Positions 18,522 through 27,083 of a stretch of DNA of 64,000 nt are shown in pieces. The stretch covers positions 17,692-81,691 of the forward strand of contig CAYFXE010000002.1 in assembly GCA_964347035.1 (NCBI GenBank), written 5' to 3'. This stretch comes from an uncultured Eubacteriales bacterium (lineage in GTDB: Bacteria > Acidobacteriota > Aminicenantia > Aminicenantales > Aminicenantaceae). The position numbers were made by a program, and so were the translations under genes. Under the pieces are notes generated by a model. That model was not told the DNA's origin. It was given only the letters and a program-made list of their open reading frames with translations, and did not search any database. The stretch's first letter is position 1. Each line of letters opens with the position of its first letter.

Positions 18522-19482
18522 ATGAATGTCTATCGCTGTCCTGTATGCGGTTATCTCCAAATAGGGGAGATAAATTTTCATTTCTGTCCGGTCTGTAAAA
18601 CGCCAGCAGAACGTTTCGGTGAAGATCCCACTTATGAGCACTTTGCTCACTGGGATGCCAAATCTCGAATGATGATCGAATACATGGCTGAGACCGGTCA
18701 TTATTATCTTGAGGGGAAAGGGACCACCCGCAAGTTCCTGAACATGGATGATCTGCTGTTTATGGCAGGTCAAGTTGCTAATCCACCTCTATTAGATGAC
18801 AAGCCGGTGAGCACACAAGTCATCTTAGGGAAAACCACTGCTCAGCCGATAATATTAAAAACTCCCATATTGAATGCGGGCATGTCCTTTGGAGCTTTAA
18901 GCCGAGAGGCAAAGATGGCTTTGGCCAAGGCATCGTCTATGGTTGGAGGTATCGCAAACACTGGTGAAGGGGGGATGTTGGATGAAGAAAGAGAGCTGGC
19001 GGAGAGGATCACCTTGCAGTATGCCTCGGGCCGATTTGGAGTTGATGATCGGCCTCCCCCTGGTGTATTCACTCCCGAGAGTGGCCGATTATATTGATAA
19101 GAGCGGACTGAAGGACCGGGTGACTCTAATCGCCACTGGTGGACTCCGTCACTCGGCTGATGTGGCCAAGGCACTGGCTTTAGGGGCCGAAGCTGTTTAT
19201 ATGGCGGGAGCTTTGAAAATAGCCTTGGGCTGCAAGTATATTCGTGAGTGTCATCTCGGTACCTGCCCCTACGGCATTGCCACGCAAACCAAGAAGCTCA
19301 GAAAGCGACTCAACGTGGATAAGGCTGCCAAAAGGGTCTCTAATTTTATCCAAGCAGCGACCCATGACATCGAGACCATTGCCCGGATTTGCGGTAAGGA
19401 TGATATCCACGAGCTGAGTCGAGACGATTTGAAAGCCATCAACCCCGAGTTATCCAGGATTACGGGCGTGGCCCTGGCTTAA
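18522..19482 (+). pseudogene. rubredoxin-fused FMN-dependent glutamate-synthase-related (GltB domain 2-like) gene with internal deletion and frameshift
   Basis: ORF 18522-19097 gives a CPxCG...CPxC zinc ribbon and the family N-terminal half up to 'QYASGRFGV'. ORF 18943-19482, in another frame, gives the family C-terminal end ('LIATGGLRHSADVAKALALGAEAV...CHLGTCPYGIATQ'). The central FMN/substrate region is absent. The junction is at ~19040-19050. Confidence 0.7.
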
Positions 19483-19560
19483 GGAGGAAGACATGAATCC
19501 ACTCATAAATTCTATTCTGGGTTTGATATTTCTGGTTGCTGGGGCGAAGGCGCAGCGATT

Positions 19561-20358
19561 ATGATTCATCTTAAAGGCAGTGCCAAAGACAGGATGCATG
19601 GTAAGTTTCTGGTCTGGGTCCATCGCCTCCTTGGTTATCTCTTCGTGCTCGTCTATGTGTTTATGGTCTATACCATGATTACCAGGCTCAGCAGCTATCA
19701 AGAGGAGTTATCCCCGAGGGGAATTCTTCATGTGGTCTTCGCATTGACGTTAATGCCTTTACTTGCTGTGAAGATCGTGATTGCTCGTAAGTACAGCCTG
19801 TTGACATCGCGTCTGTTCTTTGTTGGATTTTCGATCTTCCTTATGGCCTTCCTGTTGAATGCCATCAGCGCTGGTCATTATTTTCTGTATAGAGGTGCCA
19901 TTCGCTTCGTAGCTATTACCTCCCTGGATAGAGTCACCATGGATGAAGATATCGGCCGTCAGCTTGTGATGAAGAAATGTGCCAAGTGCCATACGCTGGA
20001 GCGGATTTTCCGGTCATTCAAGGATGAAGAAGGCTGGACGAGAACCGTCAATCGCATGGCTTTAATAGATGCTCCGAATATCCGGAGTTATGATGCCAAA
20101 CAGATTATTTTCTTTTTGCTGAAGCAGCAGGAAAAACGGACTAGCGAGGATCTAGCTATGGTAGAAGAAGAGATAGGTAAGACCTTGGTCGATAAGAAAT
20201 GTTCCTTTTGCCACAATCTAGAACGTGTCTACCAGGCAAGAAAAAGCGAGGATGAGTGGAGAGTAACTGTTGAAAGGATGATAAGAAACTCAAAAAATCC
20301 TGACTTTTTGACAGAAAAAGAAACTGAAGAAGTCGTCAAGTATCTTGCTTCCCGATAG
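19561..20358 (+). CDS. membrane-anchored di-heme c-type cytochrome-like protein
   Basis: About four TM helices, then two repeats of 'KKCxxCHxLERxxxxxxxEExWxxTVxRM' (CAKCH, CSFCH). These resemble the heme module of quinohemoprotein amine dehydrogenase-type cytochromes. Confidence 0.6.
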   Translation: MIHLKGSAKDRMHGKFLVWVHRLLGYLFVLVYVFMVYTMITRLSSYQEELSPRGILHVVFALTLMPLLAVKIVIARKYSLLTSRLFFVGFSIFLMAFLLNAISAGHYFLYRGAIRFVAITSLDRVTMDEDIGRQLVMKKCAKCHTLERIFRSFKDEEGWTRTVNRMALIDAPNIRSYDAKQIIFFLLKQQEKRTSEDLAMVEEEIGKTLVDKKCSFCHNLERVYQARKSEDEWRVTVERMIRNSKNPDFLTEKETEEVVKYLASR

Positions 20359-20471
20359 AAATACAGATTGCGACTCATTATTTTAAAATTAAGACATTAG
20401 TCGGGAATAAATCTGACACTTTAAACGTCTAAACAATAGGAAATAAAAATGCCTAATAAAAGGATACTCAG

Positions 20472-21002
20472 ATGAAAAAAAATTTGATGTTTTCGGTTAT
20501 CGTTTCGGTTGCCGTGCTTTTTACAGCCAGCAGCTTGGCTCAGTCGTTTCAAGGTATGAGAATAGGTCATCGAGGTCATAAGATGATGAGACAGGCCCCG
20601 GGCAGAATCCTGATGGTTCTAAAAGCCAAGCAGAAAGAACTCAACATCACCGATGATCAGATCGAAAAGATAAAAAATCTGGTAGATACTTCAGAAGAGA
20701 AGATGGTCGAAATGCAGAATGCCAACAATCTCATTCAATTAGAACTGAAGAAGCTGTTACAGGATAGGGATAACTTAGATTATGACAAAATAAAAGCTAC
20801 CCTATCGAAGGCATCTGGCAACAGGCATGACATGTTTATCCAAAGGCTGAAAGTCAGAGAAGAGATTAACAACATCCTCACCCCCGAGCAGCGGGATGCG
20901 CTCAAAGAAATGGGGAAAGACCGAATGAGAAGCAGAAGATTTTACCCAAGAGGAGAGAGATTCCAGTGTTTTCGTAGATTTCGTGAACCCGTGAAGAAAT
21001 AA
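20472..21002 (+). CDS. periplasmic Spy/CpxP-family (LTxxQ) chaperone-like protein
   Basis: Signal peptide plus two LTxxQ-type motifs ('ITDDQIEKIKNL', 'LTPEQRDALKEM'). Confidence 0.7.
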   Translation: MKKNLMFSVIVSVAVLFTASSLAQSFQGMRIGHRGHKMMRQAPGRILMVLKAKQKELNITDDQIEKIKNLVDTSEEKMVEMQNANNLIQLELKKLLQDRDNLDYDKIKATLSKASGNRHDMFIQRLKVREEINNILTPEQRDALKEMGKDRMRSRRFYPRGERFQCFRRFREPVKK

Positions 21003-21021
21003 GTCTCATATCCCAACAAGC

Positions 21022-21063
21022 AGGATCAATCTCGGAGCAAATATCTGAGATTGATCCTTTTTT
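21022..21063 (+). terminator. rho-independent terminator
   Basis: 12-bp stem AGGATCAATCTC/GAGATTGATCCT followed by TTTTTT. Confidence 0.75.
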
Positions 21064-21138
21064 GTAGGATTTTATTCCCGCCTAAAGCCTAAAGAAAGCC
21101 ACAGACGATTCTTGAAAATTGAAAATGGGGAGAAAAAA

Positions 21139-21987
21139 ATGAACAAGACGTTCAAAGCACGCAAAAAGATTTTCATGCTCCGATCTCTTATTAATCTATT
21201 TATCCTATTCTTTTTTATCTTTTTTTTGGCCGGATGCGGGACTGTAGAGCTCGACAGCCAATGGAAGGAACGGGAGATCATAATCGACGGGAAAAGTTCT
21301 GATTGGCTGGGATCCCTTTACTTTTTTGAGGATGAAGACATATCCGTCGGATTCCTGAATGATGAGAGCGATCTGTATGTCTGTTTGATTGCAGCCGAAC
21401 CGACCATCCTAGCCCAAATCATGATGCAGGGATTCACGGCTTGGTTCGAACCAGCAGGAGGAAAAGAAAAGACTCTTGGGATAAGGTTTCCCCTCGGAAG
21501 ACAAGCCAGGGGAGACAGAGACATGGATATCAGGATGAGAGATAGAGAACAGGATCCACAAGAGTTTCAAGAACGCTTCCTGCAGTCTCAGGCCGATCTT
21601 GAAATCATCGGACCAGGAGAGGACAAAAGGATAAAGATACAGATTGAAGAGGTTAAAGGGATTGATATCAAGGTCGATGTCTCGGGTGGAATGCTTGTCT
21701 ACGAGCTGAAGGTTCCTTTCAGATCAAGCGAACAGTATCCATATGCCATCGGTGCCCGACCAGGAGAGGGGATTAACGTAGGATTGGAAATCCCAAAAAT
21801 GGACAGGAATGCCATGAGAAACAGAATGGGCGGAAGAGGATCAGGTGGTATGGGGAGACCTGGCGGCGGCATGGGCGGAATGGGTGGAGGACGAGGAGGT
21901 ATGGGGATGGGCAGCGGCCGAAGACCACGAATGCCCAATGGTTTAAATGTCTGGGTATCTCTTAAGCTGGCTGCTGCCACAAACTGA
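21139..21987 (+). CDS. lipoprotein with Gly/Met/Arg-rich C-terminal tail
   Basis: GGGGAG SD site; lipobox 'LAGC'; C-terminal 'GGRGSGGMGRPGGGMGGMGGGRGGMGMGSGRRPRMP'. Confidence 0.6.
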   Translation: MNKTFKARKKIFMLRSLINLFILFFFIFFLAGCGTVELDSQWKEREIIIDGKSSDWLGSLYFFEDEDISVGFLNDESDLYVCLIAAEPTILAQIMMQGFTAWFEPAGGKEKTLGIRFPLGRQARGDRDMDIRMRDREQDPQEFQERFLQSQADLEIIGPGEDKRIKIQIEEVKGIDIKVDVSGGMLVYELKVPFRSSEQYPYAIGARPGEGINVGLEIPKMDRNAMRNRMGGRGSGGMGRPGGGMGGMGGGRGGMGMGSGRRPRMPNGLNVWVSLKLAAATN

Positions 21988-22000
21988 AAATAGAGGTAAA

Positions 22001-22372
22001 CTAGTCATCTTCGAGTTTTTCGATCTGTATTTTTTCTGCCTTTGCCTGACGAAGCACAGTCGCATCTTCCTCGACTCTGCCGAAAGGAATAACAGTGCTT
22101 GCTGCCCTGGGCCGTTCATCCAGGGAGGCAGGGGTTTTTCCGTAGAAAATGCAAAAAGCATTTCCTGGCGGCCAGTAGGCTAATTCACCGACCTCCATGA
22201 TTTCACGGCCCTCTTCTATATCCATATGAACAGGTATAGAAAAATAAATCTCATCTCCCCAGACGTTATAGGGCAGATCAAAAGGAAGAGCATCATAGAT
22301 TCTTCTGGCCGTCTCGTTGTCTTCAAGGATAGCGTTTAATAATATGTCTCCAACTTTTATCTTGATTTTCAT
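22001..22372 (-). CDS. cyclophilin-like fold protein (PF04126-like)
   Basis: 'NETARRIYDALPF...WGDEIYF...GELAYWPPGNAFCIFYG' matches the conserved pattern of the cyclophilin-like family. Confidence 0.7.
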   Translation of the reverse strand: MKIKIKVGDILLNAILEDNETARRIYDALPFDLPYNVWGDEIYFSIPVHMDIEEGREIMEVGELAYWPPGNAFCIFYGKTPASLDERPRAASTVIPFGRVEEDATVLRQAKAEKIQIEKLEDD

Positions 22373-22393
22373 TTGATCATCACCTTTCGATAT

Positions 22394-22565
22394 GTCATTC
22401 CTGCACCTGCCTACGCAGGGACAAACTCTGGTAGGAATCTAGATCTGGTACCTCGTCATTCCTGCGAAAGCAAGAATCCAGGCTTGTTCCCGCGAAAGCG
22501 GGAATCCAGAGATAACAAAGATTCTTATCCGGATAGCCCTGGATTCCCGTTTCCACGGGAATGAC
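22394..22565. repeat. cluster of GTCATTCC(T/C)GCG-type hairpin repeats (about 5 units, mixed orientation)
   Basis: GTCATTCCTGCGAAAGCAAGAATCCAGGCTTGTTCCCGCGAAAGCGGGAATCCAG...GGATTCCCGTTTCCACGGGAATGAC. Confidence 0.85.
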
Positions 22566-22610
22566 ATAGAAGATTTTAATACATTTTTTTTGTGCCTACC
22601 AAAGATAAAT

Positions 22611-23960
22611 TTACACAAGGCTTGCCACGGCATGGACAGCCTCATCGATTTCCTCCATCGTGTTGTAAACATGGGGGCAAAGCCGGATCTCAGCTAGATC
22701 ACCACCAAAAACAGCACAACCTATGTTGTATTTATGATAAAGGGTATTCAGGGCTTTGCTCAGGTCTATACCTGGCGCATGGAAAACGACGACTCCGCCG
22801 CTGAGTTCTGGATCGAGAGGTGTGCGAAACTTTATGTCTGGAATTCTTTTTTTGAGATTCGTCTTTAAAGCAGTAGCCAGGAAACGGATCCTGGCTTCGA
22901 TACGGTTTTTGCCGATTGCGTTATGGAACTCAACAGTCTTTCTCATGGCCGCAATTCTTGAATCATCTCTCTGGCCGAGGGTTTCGAACTTTTGAGCGCC
23001 TTTCTCGATAACTTTGGGATAGCCAACACCGACAATTGTCGGCCATAAATCTGCGATCCTTTCTTTTCGTACATAAAGAATCCCGACTTCCTTCGGCCCG
23101 AAGAACCACTTGTGAGAGCTTCCTGTGTAAAAGTCACAGCCGATACTATGAAGGTTAACAACCTGCGATCCGAATGTCTGGGCGCCATCGATGTGGGTTA
23201 AAACGTCATGATCTCGGGCCATCGTGCATATCGCTTCTGCCGGAAGAGCAATACCTGAAATGTTTGAAACATGGGAGAAACACATCAGTTTCGTTCGGTC
23301 AGTCATGGCCTCTTTGAAAGGCCTTATGAGTTCATCATCACTTTCAAAAATCTCGGGTGATTTTACCCGTTTGACTGTAAACCCATACCTCTCAGCTCGA
23401 ACATCCCAGGCGACATTCGCTGTTGGATGATTCTCATCCCAGATAATCACCTCATCCCCCTGTTTGAAGGTCAGGCCGTTTATGACGATGTTGTTGCCCT
23501 CACTCGTATTCCTGACGATCGCAATCTCTTCAGAGCTTGCTCCTAAATAATCTGCCAGGGCCAGACGCGCATTTTCACGTAAATCTGCGAACTTTCTCCG
23601 GTTAATCGAGGAGGGATCAGCATCGATGTCACGCGTGAGTTCGAACACCATCTGTTGAACCGGATAAGGGGAGGGGCAGAGGTTGGCTGCGTTCAGCATG
23701 ATCAGGCCTTTCCGGATTGGAAAATTTTCCTTGACGAGCTTCCAGAATTTTTCCTGGCCTAAATCCCCAACAGACATCCCACCTGCCGTATTTTTCAAAG
23801 AGTCAAAAGAGACCTTACGTTCACCGAAGACAGCGGATGGTATTACAGCGGCCGCTGCCGCGCCACCGAGGAGTCTTTTCATGAATTGCCTGCGGGGCAG
23901 ACCTTGAACATCTTCCGGAAAATTCTGGATTATCTGTTTTTGATTATCATTTCCTTTCAT
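22611..23960 (-). CDS. Tat-signal-bearing class V aminotransferase-fold PLP enzyme
   Basis: Twin-arginine motif 'LPRRQFMKRLLGGAAAAAVIPSAVFG'. PLP-lysine context 'SSHKWFFGPKEVG'. Overall class-V fold pattern. Confidence 0.8.
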   Translation of the reverse strand: MKGNDNQKQIIQNFPEDVQGLPRRQFMKRLLGGAAAAAVIPSAVFGERKVSFDSLKNTAGGMSVGDLGQEKFWKLVKENFPIRKGLIMLNAANLCPSPYPVQQMVFELTRDIDADPSSINRRKFADLRENARLALADYLGASSEEIAIVRNTSEGNNIVINGLTFKQGDEVIIWDENHPTANVAWDVRAERYGFTVKRVKSPEIFESDDELIRPFKEAMTDRTKLMCFSHVSNISGIALPAEAICTMARDHDVLTHIDGAQTFGSQVVNLHSIGCDFYTGSSHKWFFGPKEVGILYVRKERIADLWPTIVGVGYPKVIEKGAQKFETLGQRDDSRIAAMRKTVEFHNAIGKNRIEARIRFLATALKTNLKKRIPDIKFRTPLDPELSGGVVVFHAPGIDLSKALNTLYHKYNIGCAVFGGDLAEIRLCPHVYNTMEEIDEAVHAVASLV

Positions 23961-23973
23961 GTGATCTTTCCTT

Positions 23974-25284
23974 TTATATGTTTCGTTTGGTTTTAAAATA
24001 AAAGTAAATCGGAAGGGCTATGAGTATCAATACCAGTCCAGCCCAGGCATGGACGGGCTTTTCGATAAGAGCGTTGACCACAAACAGAATGGTGATGGTG
24101 ATAAAGATCAGAGGAACCACGGGATAACCCAGGGTTTTATAGGGCCGGGGAAGGTCTGGATATTTGCGCCGGAATATAAAAATCCCCACAGCGGTTAATC
24201 CGAAAAAAATCCAGTCGGTAAACACCACATAGGTGATTAAATCCTCGAAGGTTCCCCAGAAAAGAAGAAGCACAACAGCCCAGGCTGACTGAACCAGAAT
24301 GGCATTGACCGGTGTGCGAAAGCGGGGATGAATCCAGGCTAATTTTTTAAAAAAAAGCCCATCTCTGGCCATAGCGTAATAGATTCGGGGAGCAGAAAGG
24401 GTATATATTCCCAAGGTCCCGAAGGTGGAAATGGCAATAAGCAGAGCGACGAGTACTCCCCCGAAAGGAAGGATGGTCGAAACAGCATCAGCGGCCAGAC
24501 TTCGAGAAGTAGCGACCTCATCCACTGGCAGCAGAAAAAGATAGGCAAGATTGGTAAAAAGGTAGACAACGGCCACAACCAAGGCTCCGATAATCATAGC
24601 CCGAGGGATCATCCGGCGAGCATCCCGTGCTTCTCCGGCGACAAAGGAGGCATGCTGCCATCCGCCGTAAGACCATAAAACTCCGATGAGGGCCAGACCA
24701 AAGGCAGAGATGAGATTATCTACGGATGCTGCGCCACTGGTATCAAAAAAAGAAAATTCTGCCCGCCTGAAAATGATGCCGATGACAATGACAGCCGCTA
24801 TCCCCAGAAGCTTCAGCCCGGTAAACACGTTTGTAAAAATTTCTGCGGCTTTGACTCGCAGAATATTCACAACGGTCACAAAAACAAGAGCGACTATGGC
24901 GGTGATCTTGATACCGGTTTCGCTTAGAGGGAAAATAAACGCCAGATAATAGGCACAGGCTATGCTTAGGGCAGCATTAGCACCAGACGTGATAACCACC
25001 AAATAGACCCAGCCGTAAAGAAAACCAAAAAGATCCCCATAGGCCTCTTTGAGGTAAACATATACCCCTCCTGCCTGGGGAAACATGGCTCCCAGCTCGG
25101 CAAAGGTCAGGGCACCCGTAAGAGTGATGACTCCCCCTAATCCCCACACCAGCAAAATCAAAAGCGGGGCAGGGAGGTGTCCAGCGATCTGGGAGGGAGT
25201 TAAAAAAATACCGGAACCGATACAGGATCCTATGGCCACCATGGTCAGGCCGTAAAGACTCAGTTCCTTCTTTAATTCAACCAT
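23974..25284 (-). CDS. APC-superfamily amino acid permease
   Basis: About 12 TM helices and the N-terminal 'LTMVAIGSCIGSGIF' signature. The likely start is the Met at 25284; the ORF-track start at 25401 adds 39 non-conserved residues. Confidence 0.8.
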   Translation of the reverse strand: MVELKKELSLYGLTMVAIGSCIGSGIFLTPSQIAGHLPAPLLILLVWGLGGVITLTGALTFAELGAMFPQAGGVYVYLKEAYGDLFGFLYGWVYLVVITSGANAALSIACAYYLAFIFPLSETGIKITAIVALVFVTVVNILRVKAAEIFTNVFTGLKLLGIAAVIVIGIIFRRAEFSFFDTSGAASVDNLISAFGLALIGVLWSYGGWQHASFVAGEARDARRMIPRAMIIGALVVAVVYLFTNLAYLFLLPVDEVATSRSLAADAVSTILPFGGVLVALLIAISTFGTLGIYTLSAPRIYYAMARDGLFFKKLAWIHPRFRTPVNAILVQSAWAVVLLLFWGTFEDLITYVVFTDWIFFGLTAVGIFIFRRKYPDLPRPYKTLGYPVVPLIFITITILFVVNALIEKPVHAWAGLVLILIALPIYFYFKTKRNI

Positions 25285-25409
25285 TAACTTAAATTGTTCA
25301 TCAAAGCGGCTTTCTGTACGCACCTCAATTATAAAGAGAATTTCTCTTCTGACATCCTGCGATGAACATATCAAATACAAAACAGGGAGGTCAACGGCCA
25401 AAAGTCAAA

Positions 25410-25502
25410 AGGGGTCGCGTCTCAACATTTGACATTCGCTGAGAAAATCTAGTTTCTTGTGAACTCTAAATAAGAAATGTCAAATGTTGAGACGCGACCC
25501 CT
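25410..25502. repeat. 93-bp perfect-arm hairpin element
   Basis: AGGGGTCGCGTCTCAACATTTGACATT (25410-25436) is the exact reverse complement of 25476-25502. Its termini GGGGTC...GACCCC match those of the 4577/5267 elements. Confidence 0.85.
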
Positions 25503-25510
25503 TACTGCGC

Positions 25511-25867
25511 TTATTGGCGGAGGCGATAATGATGATAGAAACAATAGGCCTGGATCAAATTCACACCGATAACAATGGCATAGGATAGAGGTTTGTTTTT
25601 TTTGTAAAGTTTGCTCGTTCCCCAGACTAAAACGGTATTAATCGCCAGGTCAATTCCAATTGTAAGCGGAATATTGTTAATGTAACTGGCAACAATCGGA
25701 TTTCCTTCTCTTGCACCATGATTCCAAATAGCGTCGTAGGTAAGAACCGTATCCAAATTTATTGACATAACAGCACTGTATTGGAGTGATTTAAAAATGG
25801 TATCATTCGCGGGCAGGGGGCTGACCAAACAAAAAATTGAAATAGCTGCGATTAAGATCTTCTTCAT
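25511..25867 (-). CDS. small secreted/membrane protein (possibly DUF5658-like)
   Basis: Signal peptide; 'REGNPIV' motif followed by two hydrophobic helices. Confidence 0.4.
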   Translation of the reverse strand: MKKILIAAISIFCLVSPLPANDTIFKSLQYSAVMSINLDTVLTYDAIWNHGAREGNPIVASYINNIPLTIGIDLAINTVLVWGTSKLYKKNKPLSYAIVIGVNLIQAYCFYHHYRLRQ

Positions 25868-25992
25868 TCTTTATATCCAGAGAAATATAGGATTGTCCGA
25901 AAAGGCAGGAAGGCACAATCACCTTTAGGGATGATTTAAGGGGGGATTTTTTACCTGAGGTTTTGATGAGTTGTTAAAACCATCAATGTAAA

Positions 25993-26026
25993 AGAGGCCA
26001 GAGCGACGAGGGTTGCTCTAGCCTCT
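25993..26026 (-). terminator. probable terminator of the ECF operon
   Basis: 12-bp stem AGAGGCCAGAGC/GCTCTAGCCTCT with one mismatch, followed on the minus strand by TTTT. Confidence 0.5.
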
Positions 26027-26200
26027 TACTAAGGTGGGAAGGGAGGGGGAAAATATTGTCTTCACACCTATTAGACAAAGGAATGATTATTCTTATTGCA
26101 TGATTTGAAATAATAAGCGAAAAGCGTGGTTTTCAATCCACACAGTTCAACCAAGGATGCTCGGAGTTGTCTTTGGCTGGGAGGATGAGTCTAAGGGCAA

Positions 26201-26632
26201 TTATCGTCGCTTATCTTTCGGCGGCTTCTTCTTCGGAGGAGGTTTAAAGGGAGGCCCCTTCTGGAATCGTCTGAATCTTCGCAGAGGGTCAGGCAGTCTT
26301 CTCATGAGGCGATTTTTTTGTTCGGGAGTCAGTATAAGGTCCAATTCTTTCTGCAGTGATTCAAATTCCTCTTGCATGTCTTTTCGAGAATTTTCTCGAA
26401 GTTCCATCATGCGCTCAGCATGTTTATTTAAAATCTGTCTGATGAGTTTTCTCTGCTTTTGACCTGGCTCGATTATATTTTCGAAGTTAGTGATCATGAA
26501 GTCTGGTGATCGCCAGGAAAAGGCCCGGTTAATCCGGCGCTGTAAAAGGGCTCTGTTAAGCATGGCCCCGATAACGATCCCTAATGCCAATGTTATGATG
26601 ATAATCAGAGCTGTCTTGGCTTTTATGTTCAT
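26201..26632 (-). CDS. membrane-anchored Spy/CpxP-like (LTxxQ) protein
   Basis: GGAG SD site before the ATG at 26632; one TM helix; 'LILTPEQKNRLMRRL'; basic/Pro-rich tail. Confidence 0.5.
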   Translation of the reverse strand: MNIKAKTALIIIITLALGIVIGAMLNRALLQRRINRAFSWRSPDFMITNFENIIEPGQKQRKLIRQILNKHAERMMELRENSRKDMQEEFESLQKELDLILTPEQKNRLMRRLPDPLRRFRRFQKGPPFKPPPKKKPPKDKRR

Positions 26633-26645
26633 TTTTTTATCTCCA

Positions 26646-27083
26646 TTAAAATAAAGGAAGATCACGAATTTCTTCTACTGTTGTATCAGCCGCATAAAAT
26701 ATCTCTTCTGAGGAGATGTTCTCGCCTATTCTCAGGTTGTAGAGGATCAAAGCGATCAAAATGACCGCTCCAGCGATGGCGAATCGGCGAAACATAGCTT
26801 TGAGTGTTTCGTAAAACTTTTCCAGACCGTTTTTTTCACTAAGGGAGTCTATCCTCTGCATCACTCTCTCGGCAAAATATGGCTTGAATGATTGTGCGGC
26901 GCTTTCAGATAGTGCCTGACGCTGCTCCTTGATTTTAGCTCCTTCCAGACGGAGTTCCTCAGAGTCTTTAAGTGCCTTTTCCAAAAGGTTTTGCTCTTTT
27001 TCGCTCAGGTCGTCATCGAGAGAGCGATAAAGAAGCTCAAAGATTTTTTTATCCCGTTTTTTTCTTTTATTTTCCATGTTCAT
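26646..27083 (-). CDS. putative anti-sigma factor (C-terminal TM helix)
   Basis: ATGA overlap with the sigma gene. Helical cytoplasmic part plus the TM helix 'FAIAGAVILIALILYNL'. Confidence 0.5.
   Translation of the reverse strand: MNMENKRKKRDKKIFELLYRSLDDDLSEKEQNLLEKALKDSEELRLEGAKIKEQRQALSESAAQSFKPYFAERVMQRIDSLSEKNGLEKFYETLKAMFRRFAIAGAVILIALILYNLRIGENISSEEIFYAADTTVEEIRDLPLF

Noticed and set aside
20438-20453. AGGAAATAAAAATGCC upstream of the Spy-like gene as a weak -24/-12 motif.
   Set aside because: Only the GG and GC dinucleotides match; the flanking consensus is absent. The implied TSS would remove the ribosome-binding site.
22394-22565. Possible CRISPR arrays at the repeat clusters 22394-22565 and 46424-46655.
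   Set aside because: The units are short self-complementary hairpins in mixed orientation with irregular, very short spacing. There are no uniform repeat/spacer periodicity, no leader and no cas genes.
22373-22672. ORFs 22373-22564 (+), 22439-22672 (-) and 46473-46682 (-), encoding 'SFPRKRESR / VIPA...'-like peptides.
   Set aside because: They are read straight through the GTCATTCC hairpin repeat clusters and are artefacts of the repeats.
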